A stretch of DNA of 63,974 nucleotides, counting the filler, from Craspedostauros australis (taxonomy: Eukaryota), in assembly GCA_030167865.1 (NCBI GenBank). It is 11 parts of 11 records of this genome, joined end to end, with 100 filler letters (N's around TTAATTAATTAA, not from the genome) between each part and the next. Parts side by side here need not be neighbours in the genome. Positions count along the whole stretch, not along the records: positions 47,321 to 49,576 come from JALAGF010004330.1; positions 49,677 to 53,797 come from JALAGF010004331.1; positions 53,898 to 55,414 come from JALAGF010004332.1; positions 55,515 to 60,443 come from JALAGF010004333.1; 7 more parts are not named here. One strand, given 5' to 3'. Shown here one piece after another: positions 47,481-58,500 of the stretch (within the stretch, counting starts at the first letter, position 1; each line of letters starts with the position of its first letter). The notes under the pieces are model-generated. The model had not been told where the DNA came from, ran no database searches, and was given only the letters and a program-made list of their open reading frames with translations. A program made the position numbers and the translations under genes.

Positions 47481-48176
47481 TTACTTTTTGGTCACGTGCT
47501 CTGCCTTATTTCGCTGCATTGAGAGATGATTTTTGAACTTCTGCAGCTTCTCTTCCTGATAGACGTGCTGCTTGAACTGTGTTGCACCGAAAGAGACATA
47601 CTCTGGTCAACTTGCCTGCAATTCAGATGGTGTCATGTGAAGGTTCTTCTTCATTTTGATGTCATGGGAGAGCAACCTTTTGGCGGGAGACAAGTGCATC
47701 ACTGGTCTGCCTTGAATGTTGCGTCGCTGTTCGGGATGAAGCGAGCGATCACGGTCCAAGGCGCGCTCTTCGCGTGCCGAGCGTTCTCGTTGTTTCTCGA
47801 TTCTTGCGCGGAATGTCTTGAAGTACTTCTGGAAGACGGCCTGCATCATTCCACGCACTTTGAACTGCTCCAACATGCTGTAATACGCCCACGCCTGTTG
47901 GAAATCTGGGGTGGTGTGATAGTAGAGAACAAATTGTTTGTTAGAATCTACTTCTCTGAACTGTGAGCTCTTCATTGCTCTCAATTTCAAAGTCCGATCT
48001 CCTTCTGAGATCATAATGGGTCCCTCTGTTGGTCTAGCAGGCATCCATCTTGCGTTCATCGCAAATTCATCGTGGACATGCATGCACCACCGAGTGCCCC
48101 ATGTCCGTGCACACAAGCACGTTGTCCTCCTCTGACAGTCTCGATGCCTTAGACATCGCCGAGTTGTAGGCATCAC
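47481..48176 (-). pseudogene. Pseudogene of an uncharacterised repeat-associated protein (3' part duplicated at 43109-43369 on +)
   Basis: ...SPAKRLLSHDIKMKKNLHMTPSELQAS*PEYVSF..FKQHVYQEEK...KK*. The frame continues past the TGA at 47609-47607 to TAA at 47483-47481. Confidence 0.55.
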
Positions 48177-48678
48177 ACAGATTGGTTCATTCGATCAGAT
48201 CACGGCCTCCCATTCGTCACGGGAACACCTTGGTTGGGAGCTCATTCAGCTCCTTCGACCATCTCACATCTCCGATCATCTCCGATCATCTCCGATGCTT
48301 CTCCCGTCGTTTCTGCTGGTTTCTTCGCCGATCACTTCACCGGCTTCCTGGATGTTTCTCATCTCAGGTTCGTTCACAGGCCATCTCACACTTCGCGACA
48401 TCGGCCTTCCTCCAGTACTATTTTCTCATTGGTTGCGACATAGGGGCCGTAGTCGCTCGTGTCGTGATGTTGGTCACGATTCCAACATCCCTGCCCCCTG
48501 CGACATGCACGTGTGATTCGCATTCCTGCACTGAGGTCACGAACGCCAAAATACGGTTCGCATTCGGCACGTGTCGTTCTCCATCACGAAACACGTGCAG
48601 CTCACATTTTTCTGTCACAAAGATCCAAAGGTGGGAGTTGCGGTAATGTAGAATATCACGACGTTCGGTTCCTTACTC

Positions 48679-48813
48679 TTGGGAGGTGCGGCAATATGGT
48701 GTTTCAGAACACCCGATTCCTGTCAGATGTGCCTTGTGCTTTTGCTTGTGCCACTGTGTTAGGAATTGAGGGTACGACTTTGTCGGAATACCCGTAATTG
48801 CCGCACCTCCCAA
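48679..48813. repeat. 135-bp unit bounded by perfect 17-bp inverted repeats (MITE-like or transposon end)
   Basis: ttgggaggtgcggcaat (48679-48695) and attgccgcacctcccaa (48797-48813). A degenerate third copy tgggagttgcggtaat lies at 48632-48647. No target-site duplication is evident. Confidence 0.65.
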
Positions 48814-49676
48814 CATTGTTCGTCACAGCTTTGAATATTATTCNTCACATGTTCNGAGACTATTNGTCACACCTTTGTATACCATGTCATTATGACTATG
48901 ACTAAGCATACGGACGCGATTGATACCTGTATAACCGCGAGGAGGATAGTCTGTCCTCTGGTAATGTAAGGAAGACACCCACGGCGGATCAGGAGGTCCC
49001 GATACCACGCCGACCGTGGCAACCATCCAGACGACGACGTCGATCAGAACAGCATGTCCATGGGCAAGTGACGCACCTTCTTCAGAGGACAGCACATGCC
49101 TCTCCTGCGGACAAGAACATCTGCAGGCTTGGAACATCAGAAAGGATCAGAATATCCGCAGGTTTGGAACATCACCAAAGGTGACATCGACCATCCAAAC
49201 GACGATGTCATGAGAATCAACAACGGAAACATGAGATAGGCAAGTGCTCAAGACTGCAGATCCCTACCATGCAAGCGTAGACAGCTACAACGATGCAGAG
49301 ACAAGGAAGCAAGAACAGAGCATGATGAACGAAGGGGGAAGCACCTAAGAGACAACAGGACGCCCCGTGTCGTTACCGCGACAGATGCCTGTCAAGAAAG
49401 CGAAATTGGAAGAGAAAGTGAGATTGTGCTCACAGTTCTAAAACGGTACAGTTTCTAACAGCAGATTAGATCTTAGTACTAACTATAACCCTGGATTTCC
49501 AACATGTTTCGAAACGTTACGATTGAAATCCTACGTTTCTACCACCATCAACACAGCAACAAACATCCTCTCATCANNNNNNNNNNNNNNNNNNNNNNNN
49601 NNNNNNNNNNNNNNNNNNNNTTAATTAATTAANNNNNNNNNNNNNNNNNNNNNNNNNNNNNNNNNNNNNNNNNNNN

Positions 49677-51669
49677 GTTCGTCGAAGTGGCACTGGTTGC
49701 AAGCCTCGCCTGGTGTTGTCGGGATTTGAGTGCACACGCCGTCGCCAAGGGTGATGTCGGCGTTGAAGTAGAATCCGTATCCCATGAATTGGCACGAGTA
49801 CAGTGCGGTGCAGGCCAACGCTCCGATTCTGGTGTTGCCCTCGAACTGGTTGTAGTAAGTTTCATCGATAATATTACCCACCAGGTCGTACTCCGTGTAG
49901 GTGTAGTGCGAATTGACGTAGGAGCACGAACCGTTGTTTGCGCAGGAGCCCCTGCCGATGTTGACAAACGAATTTCGCTTGTTGTCCGTGCCCATGTTGC
50001 CTCTCGTCGGGGTGGAAGTGAGGTACTCGGCAGTTCCGGCTCCCAGTGCCGCGCACGAATTCGTTCCGAGGCAAGAAAATGGTTGGACGATGCTGTATCC
50101 GTTGGCCTGTGCTCCGAGGGAGTAGCACGCGGAGCCGCCCAGGCAGGAGAATGGGCCGATGATGCCAGTCCTCTCACTACCGGAGTTGAAGTTGAAGTAG
50201 GAGCAGGCTTTGTCCTGGCCGGGGTTTTGGCAGCTCGACTGGAACACGATCGTTTGCGGTTCGAGGTTGTCGCAGGAGTTCATTCCGATGCAGCTATTGG
50301 CGCTGATGCTGGCGACGCCGACCCAGCTGCAGTCGGCGGCACCTCCGGGGCAGCAGGTGTTGCCAGACTGTTGGCAAAAAGCGATGGCATCCGTGACAGT
50401 ACCCGTGAAGACTTCTCCAGTCACTCTGGCGGCCTCCTGAAACTGGGCGAGGACTCCGGAGTTGTCCTTGATTCTGTCGAAGAGCGCGACTCCTTCAGTA
50501 ATGCTGTCCTGGTTGGCAAAAATGCTGAGAAGATCGGTCTCGTTCTCGATGGTGGCGAGTAGGTTCTGGCCGTTGGTGTCTGATGGCGTTCCCAACTCCG
50601 CCAAGAACTGAACAATATTCGGCGCCAGGACGATGGTTGGTGCCGAAGTGGGTGCTGACGTAGGTGTCGAAGTGGGTGCTGACGTAGGTGCCGAAGTGGG
50701 TGCTGATGTAGGTGCCGAAGTGGGTGCTGATGTAGGTGCCGAAGTAGGGGCAGACGTAGGTGCGCTGGTCGGTGCCGAAGTAGGGGCAGAAGTGGGAGCG
50801 CTCGTCGGTGCCGAAGTAGGGGCAGACGTTGGTGCGCTGGTCGGTGCCGCCGTGGGTGCGGTGGGTGCTGACGTTGGCTGCAAAGTCGGTGGGATGGTCC
50901 CGGATCGTGTCGGGCCCGCAGTTGGTGCCGCTGTTGGTGCGGTTGGGGACGATGTCGGTGCGCTGGTCGGCGCTGATGTCGGGACGCTTGTCGGGGCCGA
51001 TGTCGGTGCGCTGGTCGGCGCTGATGTTGGGGCGCTTGTCGGAGCCGATGTCGGTGCGCTGGTCGGCGCTGATGTCGGGGTGCTTGTCGGAGCCGATGTC
51101 GGTGCGCTTGTCGGCGCTGATGTCGGTGCGCTGGTCGGCGCTGATGTTGGGGCGCTTGTCGGTGCGCTTGTCGGTGCGCTTGTCGGTGCGCTTGTCGGTG
51201 CGCTTGTCGGTGCGCTTGTCGGTGCGCTTGTCGGTGTGCTGGTCGGTGTCCTGGTTGGTGTGCTTGTCGGTGTCCTGGTTGGTGTGCTTGTCGGTGCCAT
51301 GGTGACGTCTCCGTTCTTGGCGCCTTTGTTCATCTTCATGCCGTCCTTGTTCATCTTACCGTCATTACTGTCGCTGGTCATCATGGTGGGTCCTTCCGTG
51401 CTCTTGCCCTTCTTCTTGTCCATCTCCCCGCCTGCACTGATGGAGCTGTCCATGTCCTCCTTGGTGCGACGGAGCCTCCTGGTGAGTCCGGTGATCTTCT
51501 CGACCGTCTTCTCCGCGTCGTCTCCGTAGTAAGTCCACGCGAGCTTGTTAGCTCCGACCTTGGCATCGTCTCTGGAGGGTGCATGCATGCCGGCAAGGAG
51601 CTTCTCATCTTCGACGGCGGAGGCGGCAGCGATGTGCGCCAAAACGAACGAGCTGATGCGATACTTCAT
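49677..51669 (-). CDS. Secreted mucin-like protein: signal peptide, RRL site, Lys/Met-rich spacer, PTSA repeats, Cys-rich SCxGxxxC domain (C-terminus completed at 54613-54719)
   Basis: MKYRISSFVLAHIAAASA, TRRLRR, GKMNKDGMKMNK, long (PTSA)n blocks, then SCIGMNSC, SCLGGSAC, SCLGTNSC, SCANNGSC and ACTALYSC. Confidence 0.85.
50637..51297. repeat. Coding 12-bp tandem repeat (PTSA/PTST/PTRT), two blocks
   Basis: ggtgcgcttgtc-type and ggtgccgaagtg/ggtgctgacgta-type 12-mers. Codon usage differs between the two blocks. Confidence 0.95.
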
Positions 51670-53897
51670 GGTTGATGTGTGTGCGTGGTATCTGAGTTGA
51701 GTATTGATAGATTAACGTGGAGGGAGGGCAGGGGGCTGATATTAGATATTGAAGCGTCTGCATTGTGGAGAGGTGCACGGTACCATGCGTGCCGCACGAG
51801 TGAGTAGACCGAAGACGCCAGTAGACAAAGGTATAGCGGCGGAATGGCAGGAAAAGGTGTGGAAAAGAAGAGAAATGTGAGACGAAATGCCAGGTTTGCT
51901 CCGGTGTTCTCCACTTGATTGGTATTGCGGGAGATCGCGTATCGCGGATGTATCGCAGATGCATCGCACACCATCCATCGCTCTGGATCTCGTCTCGCGA
52001 TGAGTGAAGGAGCTGCCGTGAACGGCTTGCACACAAAAAACGCAGTGGACCAGCGGAGGCGAGGACCGCAGGAGAATGACTATTTCCTATTCATCCTGGC
52101 ACCACCCTCTGCATGTTTTTCGCGTTGCGCCGTCCTTCACCCGGTCTTCGCGTTCTGTTTGATGAAGATACCAAGGCAACACATGGAATGGACCACGTGC
52201 TTGGCGTTGTGTCCATGCATTGCGTTGCTCTGGATCGGATCCATGCCGAAGGCCCATGGGCCCTTTGGCTTGTTGTATTGCCTGCAGTCCATGATCGCAT
52301 CGCTGCCACAGTTCCAGTGCACAAGCCGCACCATAGAATTCGCCGCATCCAATCACATGAAACCAATCGTCCGACATACAGTATCATTGTGTATGCATGG
52401 TGATGTGCTAGTGCGTGTGTGGCAACTATGCCTGGCGCAGCGCGGTGTGACTCACCGTGATGTTCGTGCTGTTCGTGCTGCTTGCTGTCGCGGAATGGGA
52501 GTGATCGATTGCGTCTGCGTTTGAGCTGGAGCGGCCTTGCGATTTGTGAGAACGAAAATTGATGATGGGACAACAACGCTTCGGAGGTACGCAGAGAGTA
52601 GGTAATTCCGCGGTGGTTGGTGGTTGTGCTCTGCAGGTGTGGACGCCCAACAACAACACCTTTCGTCACCTCGCCACAACAACCAGAGAAGACTTTGTGG
52701 CCTAACAATTCAGCGAGAAGTTACCACAAAGAATTCCAACAACGACTGAATTTGGTCACAACAGACACCTTTGAGCATGTGTGACAAAACCCAAATAGGG
52801 ACCATCGGAAGATCAGTCGGCCTGCTGAATCCAATAACGGAAATTGCACGTGTCGTTCCAACGCCAAAATTGTGACTATCGACCAAACAGCATTTTTGTC
52901 GGCACAGATCCGCACAGCAACTGCTCTGCGCGCAGATGCGGTGACGCCAGCCAGCATTTGGGCGATGTCCAGTCCGGTTGATGCAATCTCGTTGGTGTAT
53001 TGTCTTGTCGATACATATGGTTCAAATTGCGGCACCCACAGTGAAGCAGAAGATGCCAATAACGGAAACAAAGGCGCGTCTGGTCCAGACGCGCAAACGC
53101 CGATCAGGAGCAATTGGATTGCTTTCTCACTGTACTTCATGGTTGGTCAGCACGGGCTAACAACAACTCTCAATCTTGCTTCCCATGTTCTTTCACCTGT
53201 TTCGGGGGTCTTTGAAGAGTGCGTGGGAATGGTAGGCAAGCATACACATGGAGAATGAGGCCATTCCACCATCATGACGAGAATGCATTGAACCTCAAAG
53301 AAGATGCTGCCGCCGCGCACAATTATGGCGAGTGCAACGGTTACAGCGAAGCAGAAAGCGATGGTTGCGCGACAACAAGACATGGTCAGCAAAAGAGATC
53401 TGTCACCATCGCCGTTGCTGTCGTTGCTCCTGTCTCGCCCTCGCTTCATGTGGTGTAAAGCGGTCGCTGGTGGAGAGAAAGGTCGTGTTGGCGATGGTTG
53501 CTGTGGGTTGGAGCCGAACTGTTCCGCTGTGTTTCAACGCGAGCTTGTGATCAGCAGTGTTCGTGTAGTTTGGATGGATGGGTGATGGCTGACGATCGCT
53601 GAGCAGCAGCTACCGTGCGTATGAACGATGGCGACGCGCATTGAATGAACGATGACGATGAAAAACGATGGCGTCTGAGTGCGCCATGGTCGTTTTGACG
53701 ACCCGTGCTCGTGTGCCTGAGAGGAGAGTGGCTTCGAACTGCTCCGTCACACACCATCGTCATCGTCGCCGTCTTCACCATCCTTCCAAACGACATGNNN
53801 NNNNNNNNNNNNNNNNNNNNNNNNNNNNNNNNNNNNNNNNNTTAATTAATTAANNNNNNNNNNNNNNNNNNNNNNNNNNNNNNNNNNNNNNNNNNNN

Positions 53898-54719
53898 GAT
53901 GCCATCGCTTTTTGCCAACAGTCTGGCAACACCTGCTGCCCCGGAGGTGCCGCCGACTGCAGCTGGGTCGGCGTCGCCAGCATCAGCGCCAATAGCTGCA
54001 TCGGAATGAACTCCTGCGACAACCTCGAACCGCAAACGATCGTGTTCCAGTCGAGCTGCCAAAACCCCGGCCAGGACAAAGCCTGCTCCTACTTCAACTT
54101 CAACTCCGGTAGTGAGAGGACTGGCATCATCGGCCCATTCTCCTGCCTGGGCGGCTCCGCGTGCTACTCCCTCGGAGCACAGGCCAACGGATACAGCATC
54201 GTCCAACCATTTTCTTGCCTCGGAACGAATTCGTGCGCGGCACTGGGAGCCGGAACTGCCGAGTACCTCACTTCCACCCCGACGAGAGGCAACATGGGCA
54301 CGGACAACAAGCGAAATTCGTTTGTCAACATCGGCAGGGGCTCCTGCGCAAACAACGGTTCGTGCTCCTACGTCAATTCGCACTACACCTACACGGAGTA
54401 CGACCTGGTGGGTAATATTATCGATGAAACTTACTACAACCAGTTCGAGGGCAACACCAGAATCGGAGCGTTGGCCTGCACCGCACTGTACTCGTGCCAA
54501 TTCATGGGATACGGATTCTACTTCAACGCCGACATCACCCTTGGCGACGGCGTGTGCACTCAAATCCCGACAACACCAGGCGAGGCTTGCAACCAGTGCC
54601 ACTTCGACGAACTTGGGATGCCAGTTCCCCCTCCAAATGGTCCTGCGACAAATGTGTGCTACCCATTGACGGCCACTCTCAACATCCCCAGTGGCAGCAC
54701 TTGCCTTGCGTGCACGTAG
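53898..54719 (+). CDS. 3' part of the same mucin-like gene on an overlapping contig
   Basis: 53898-54612 is the reverse complement of 49677-50391. It continues to ...GSTCLACT* at 54719, giving a joined protein of about 699 aa. Confidence 0.85.
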   Translation, partial: DAIAFCQQSGNTCCPGGAADCSWVGVASISANSCIGMNSCDNLEPQTIVFQSSCQNPGQDKACSYFNFNSGSERTGIIGPFSCLGGSACYSLGAQANGYSIVQPFSCLGTNSCAALGAGTAEYLTSTPTRGNMGTDNKRNSFVNIGRGSCANNGSCSYVNSHYTYTEYDLVGNIIDETYYNQFEGNTRIGALACTALYSCQFMGYGFYFNADITLGDGVCTQIPTTPGEACNQCHFDELGMPVPPPNGPATNVCYPLTATLNIPSGSTCLACT

Positions 54720-55023
54720 NTGGGCATCATCAACGGCGATAGAAAGGTATCGTATGGTATGATACTACCCTTGCACTTCTCCATCCTNCTCGTTGTCAGG
54801 ATGGAAGAAACATTAATGTAGACACTTCATTTTTTGTGGACGCCCTTCCTCACGTTTATGTTTGTTGTGGCGATGAACTGTCGCCAGGCCATCGCGCAAG
54901 TTGTTTCCTCTGTGCTGTTCCTTCACTTGTGTTCGTTGGCGATGGGTTGTTGCTATGCAGTATACTATTAATATGCATAATACTTGCCAAGTGCGCCACT
55001 CATCTATTACATTGTACGGTGCT

Positions 55024-55414
55024 CTACACTAGATGCGGGGCGCACCCCACATTGGTCCCGCAACAGACACTGCAACATGGACACGAAATAGTTCCGCCAT
55101 CGAATGCACAATCCGAGCTCATATAGAATCCACGGATATCGCGGTTCAGGCACAAGAAGGGCGGGACGCGACCCGTCAACGCGTTGTTGTGCAAGTGAAT
55201 GGCATCGACATGGGCCCAATCACTGAACTCTGTCGGAACAGCGCCCGTGAGATCGTTGTCCGACACATCAAAGATGGCTGCGGTGGAAGTTGAGAAAACG
55301 GATGGCATGGCATGGCATTGTGAGTGAGTCAATGCATCGTGGTTTGAATAGAGCAGAGTCGAGTGCGGATTGTCCTCCTACCGCATGGGACTTACTCATA
55401 TTGACCCAATCACT
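55024..55414 (-). CDS. C-terminal fragment of a leucine-rich-repeat protein (exons 55414-55396 and 55277-55024)
   Basis: SDWVNM-T-IFDVSDNDLTGAVPTEF...LHNNALTGRVP...SDC...ISCPCCSVCC, with a GT-AG intron at 55395-55278. The 5' part is lost in the gap. Confidence 0.8.
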
Positions 55415-55514
55415 NNNNNNNNNNNNNNNNNNNNNNNNNNNNNNNNNNNNNNNNNNNNTTAATTAATTAANNNNNNNNNNNNNNNNNNNNNNNNNNNNNN
55501 NNNNNNNNNNNNNN

Positions 55515-58500
55515 GGCAATGGATTGCAATTCTTTGCGCACGACGTCTGCTGCCTCATCCCAACGATGTACAGCACCATAGTGGAGAAATTACTACGCGG
55601 GGGCACATCGAGGGATCTGGCTCGCATCCTCCATGAGAAAGGCATTGACGACGATGGCGACGGTGGCTTCCCATTCCACAAGATGGCTATGGTCGGCCAC
55701 ACGGAATTGACTCGGAAGTCATTGAACGGATTGATCCTGAAGGTGTCGAAACGTCGCTGGGCGCGGATCGGAGAGCCAGAAATGTACCTGCTGAAGATTG
55801 GTGGCAACATCACATCGTTGAGAGAGTTCACGGCATTATGCAACATCGAACGGTTGCCTCTGCTCAAATACCTGCTCGGTCAGCACTTGAAGGGCGATGG
55901 GGAGGGCACGCGCGATGGCATGCTGGACCCGAACAAGCGGCCAGGCAGAGATGGCAGGATATCTTCCGACGAAAAGAGCAGACTGCTGAAGAAGATGGGC
56001 GGAGTCCAAGCCTTGGGCAAAGGATTCACGTCGTATGCGGAGAAGAAGTTCAATCCTTCGCAGCTCACTGCCATCTCTGCCTCTGCCAAGGGCTACGGAG
56101 ACGGTGGATTCACATTGATCAAGGTACGTGCACATGCAGATACGCGTAGAACACAAAGCAGAATCTGCGATGTGGTACGAGCAAGCATGGATGAATGAAT
56201 GAATGCATCTTGCACGGTGGCGACGGGGCTGGACGATAGAAGTGATCATTGGATCTACTCTTACGTACTGCGACGCTGGAGAGAGGTGTTGCCTGCCGCA
56301 TGCCCTGTGCGTGTGCTTTGATGCTTTCTTGGCGAGTGCATACTTTGGAGAAGGCACAGTGAGTGGGCGTGTATGGGTATGGGGGCGAAACGCTCACCAG
56401 TTGTTTCATCCGTCTTTGTATCTGACTTTGCAATGATGCTTCATACGGAAGTCGATGCCATCTATTCCACATCTCTCCAACTCACTACGACCAACCTCGC
56501 TGAATCATGATGGCCATGTTGGGCATGCTAAACAGGGACCGCCCGGCACTGGAAGTAAGTTTGCTGCATGCCTATCCGTGCTATTTGTATGAAGTGTATG
56601 TTTGGCCACAGGTGAACTCTGCGAAAGAATGATCATTACGAGGACCATCATCGATGATGATACCTGATGCAGTGTGTACTCTGGTATGGCCAGGCTTATA
56701 CCATACATTCGTGCTTGAACATTGTACACTGTACATTCGTATTCGCACTTGTACTTGTACTTGTACTGACATCGACACTCACACCGACACTATTCGCACC
56801 GAATTACATACTCCACTATTGCGCATCGATGCATCGATACATCATGGCACTTCGCGTCACTCCACGTCACTTCGCATCACCAAATCTTGCAGAAACGACG
56901 ACGCTTGTGGCTGTCCTGAACTCCTTGCATATTCGTCAGTACAACAAGTACTACGAGGAAGTAAAGCGCATTGCAGCCATGCAGACTGGAAACCGCCAAG
57001 CAGCGTTGACGGTGGCCCGCAAGGCAAAACCCAGGCTACTGGTATGCGCTCCATCCAATGCCGCTGTTGATAACATCATCCTCAAGATCATGGAGGATGG
57101 ATTCGTGGACGGGAGCGGGAAACGGTACAACCCAAGCATGATTCGGGTGGGAGTTGGGAAATCACCAGCCGTCAAGGATGTTGCCCTGGAAACCAAGGTG
57201 GACTCCATCCTTTCCGAACACATGGACGCGGGCCGGTTGGACTCCACGATCGCTGGCCTCCGCATGGAGCTGCAGCGTATATCTGGCGACATTGCCAAAT
57301 ACAGACGCCGGATCCATGCGATCTCGCAGGCGTCACCCTGGCCACTTGCCAAGGACTGGGAAATCAGGATCGACGAGAAGACCTTCGATGAGACTGGCAT
57401 GGTGTACTTCGTCAATCACAAGACGCAGATGACGACGTACGAATGCCCGCCGCCGCCGGAACCTGGCGAGAGGCAATTCCCAGCAAGGGCCATGCCCGAG
57501 TACAAGTCGTACGTTGCCCGTATCGTCAAGTCCGTTGAGGGATACTTCAGCATTAAATCCAACCTGGAGCGCACTACAATCGTGAAGGGCACTTTGGACA
57601 GCGGCGCAAATCGCATTGCTGTCCGGCAGTCGCTAGAAAGCCATGTTCTCAACTCCGTTCACATGGTGATGACGACGCTCGGCACTGCGGGAAATCGGGT
57701 GCTTGAGGGCGTTGACAAGTTTGAGGTGGTGGTTGTGGACGAGGCGGCACAGAGCGTGGAGCCGGCAACGCTATCTGCATTGCAGTTGGGATCCCGGCAT
57801 GCGGTACTCGTGGGAGATCCGCAGCAGCTGCCTGCCACAATCTTCAACGTCTCCGGACGAGGCTCGAAGTTTGACAGGAGTTTATTCCAGAGGATGGAAG
57901 AGGCTGGGCAGGACGTGTTCATGCTGAATGAGCAGTACCGAATGCATCCGCAGATATCTCACTTTCCCCGTCACATCTTCTACGGTGGCACGCTGAAGGA
58001 CGGCCCCAACGTCACCAAATCGACTTATGGGAATCCGTTGGTCAAGTCTGTATGCTCCCGCGTCCCAGCATTCAATGTGAGTTGCTGATGGTTACTGATG
58101 GTTACTGATGGTTACGATGTTTACTGATCACGGCTCATTCGATCAATGATGAGCTGTTGCCGTTCCGTCCGATCTTGCCTGTGCCCAGTGTCGTGGCGAC
58201 TCCGTCGATTATGCCGGCGATGCTCAAAGTTACGAATAGGACTCAGGAATGACCCAAATCCGACCAGAATCGAGAAGGTCTGAATGGAAGCAACCCACAG
58301 TATGCTGCAACCCAGTGCAATGCGATGCTCTACGTATGATGTATCATATCACTCACATGCTGAGATGCTGTACTATACTCTGCCACTTCTTTTGCAGCCG
58401 TTCACCGTCCTTGATCTGGATTCCCGTGAGGAACGAGGCGGGACAAGTTTGGCAAATTCAACCGAGGCTCATCTAGCGGTCCATCTGTACACGTCTTTAC

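Noticed and set aside
48817..49504. Solo LTR
   Set aside because: TG...CA ends can be chosen, but there is no TSD, primer-binding site, second copy or retroelement ORF, and ambiguous bases lie at the left end.
50637..51297. Regular short repeats as a CRISPR array
   Set aside because: These are contiguous 12-bp coding units without unique spacers, in frame in a secreted protein, and there are no cas genes.
50633..51529. VGAD/VGAL-repeat ORF, and the Val/Ala-rich ORF at 59314-60426
   Set aside because: They are reverse-strand readings of the PTSA repeat and of the Q/P-rich helicase tail.
53898..54612. Inverted gene duplications (mucin, Sen1 5' region, PEY pseudogene) as real palindromic loci
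   Set aside because: Each overlap looks identical and ends exactly at contig ends, which points to unmerged assembly overlaps.
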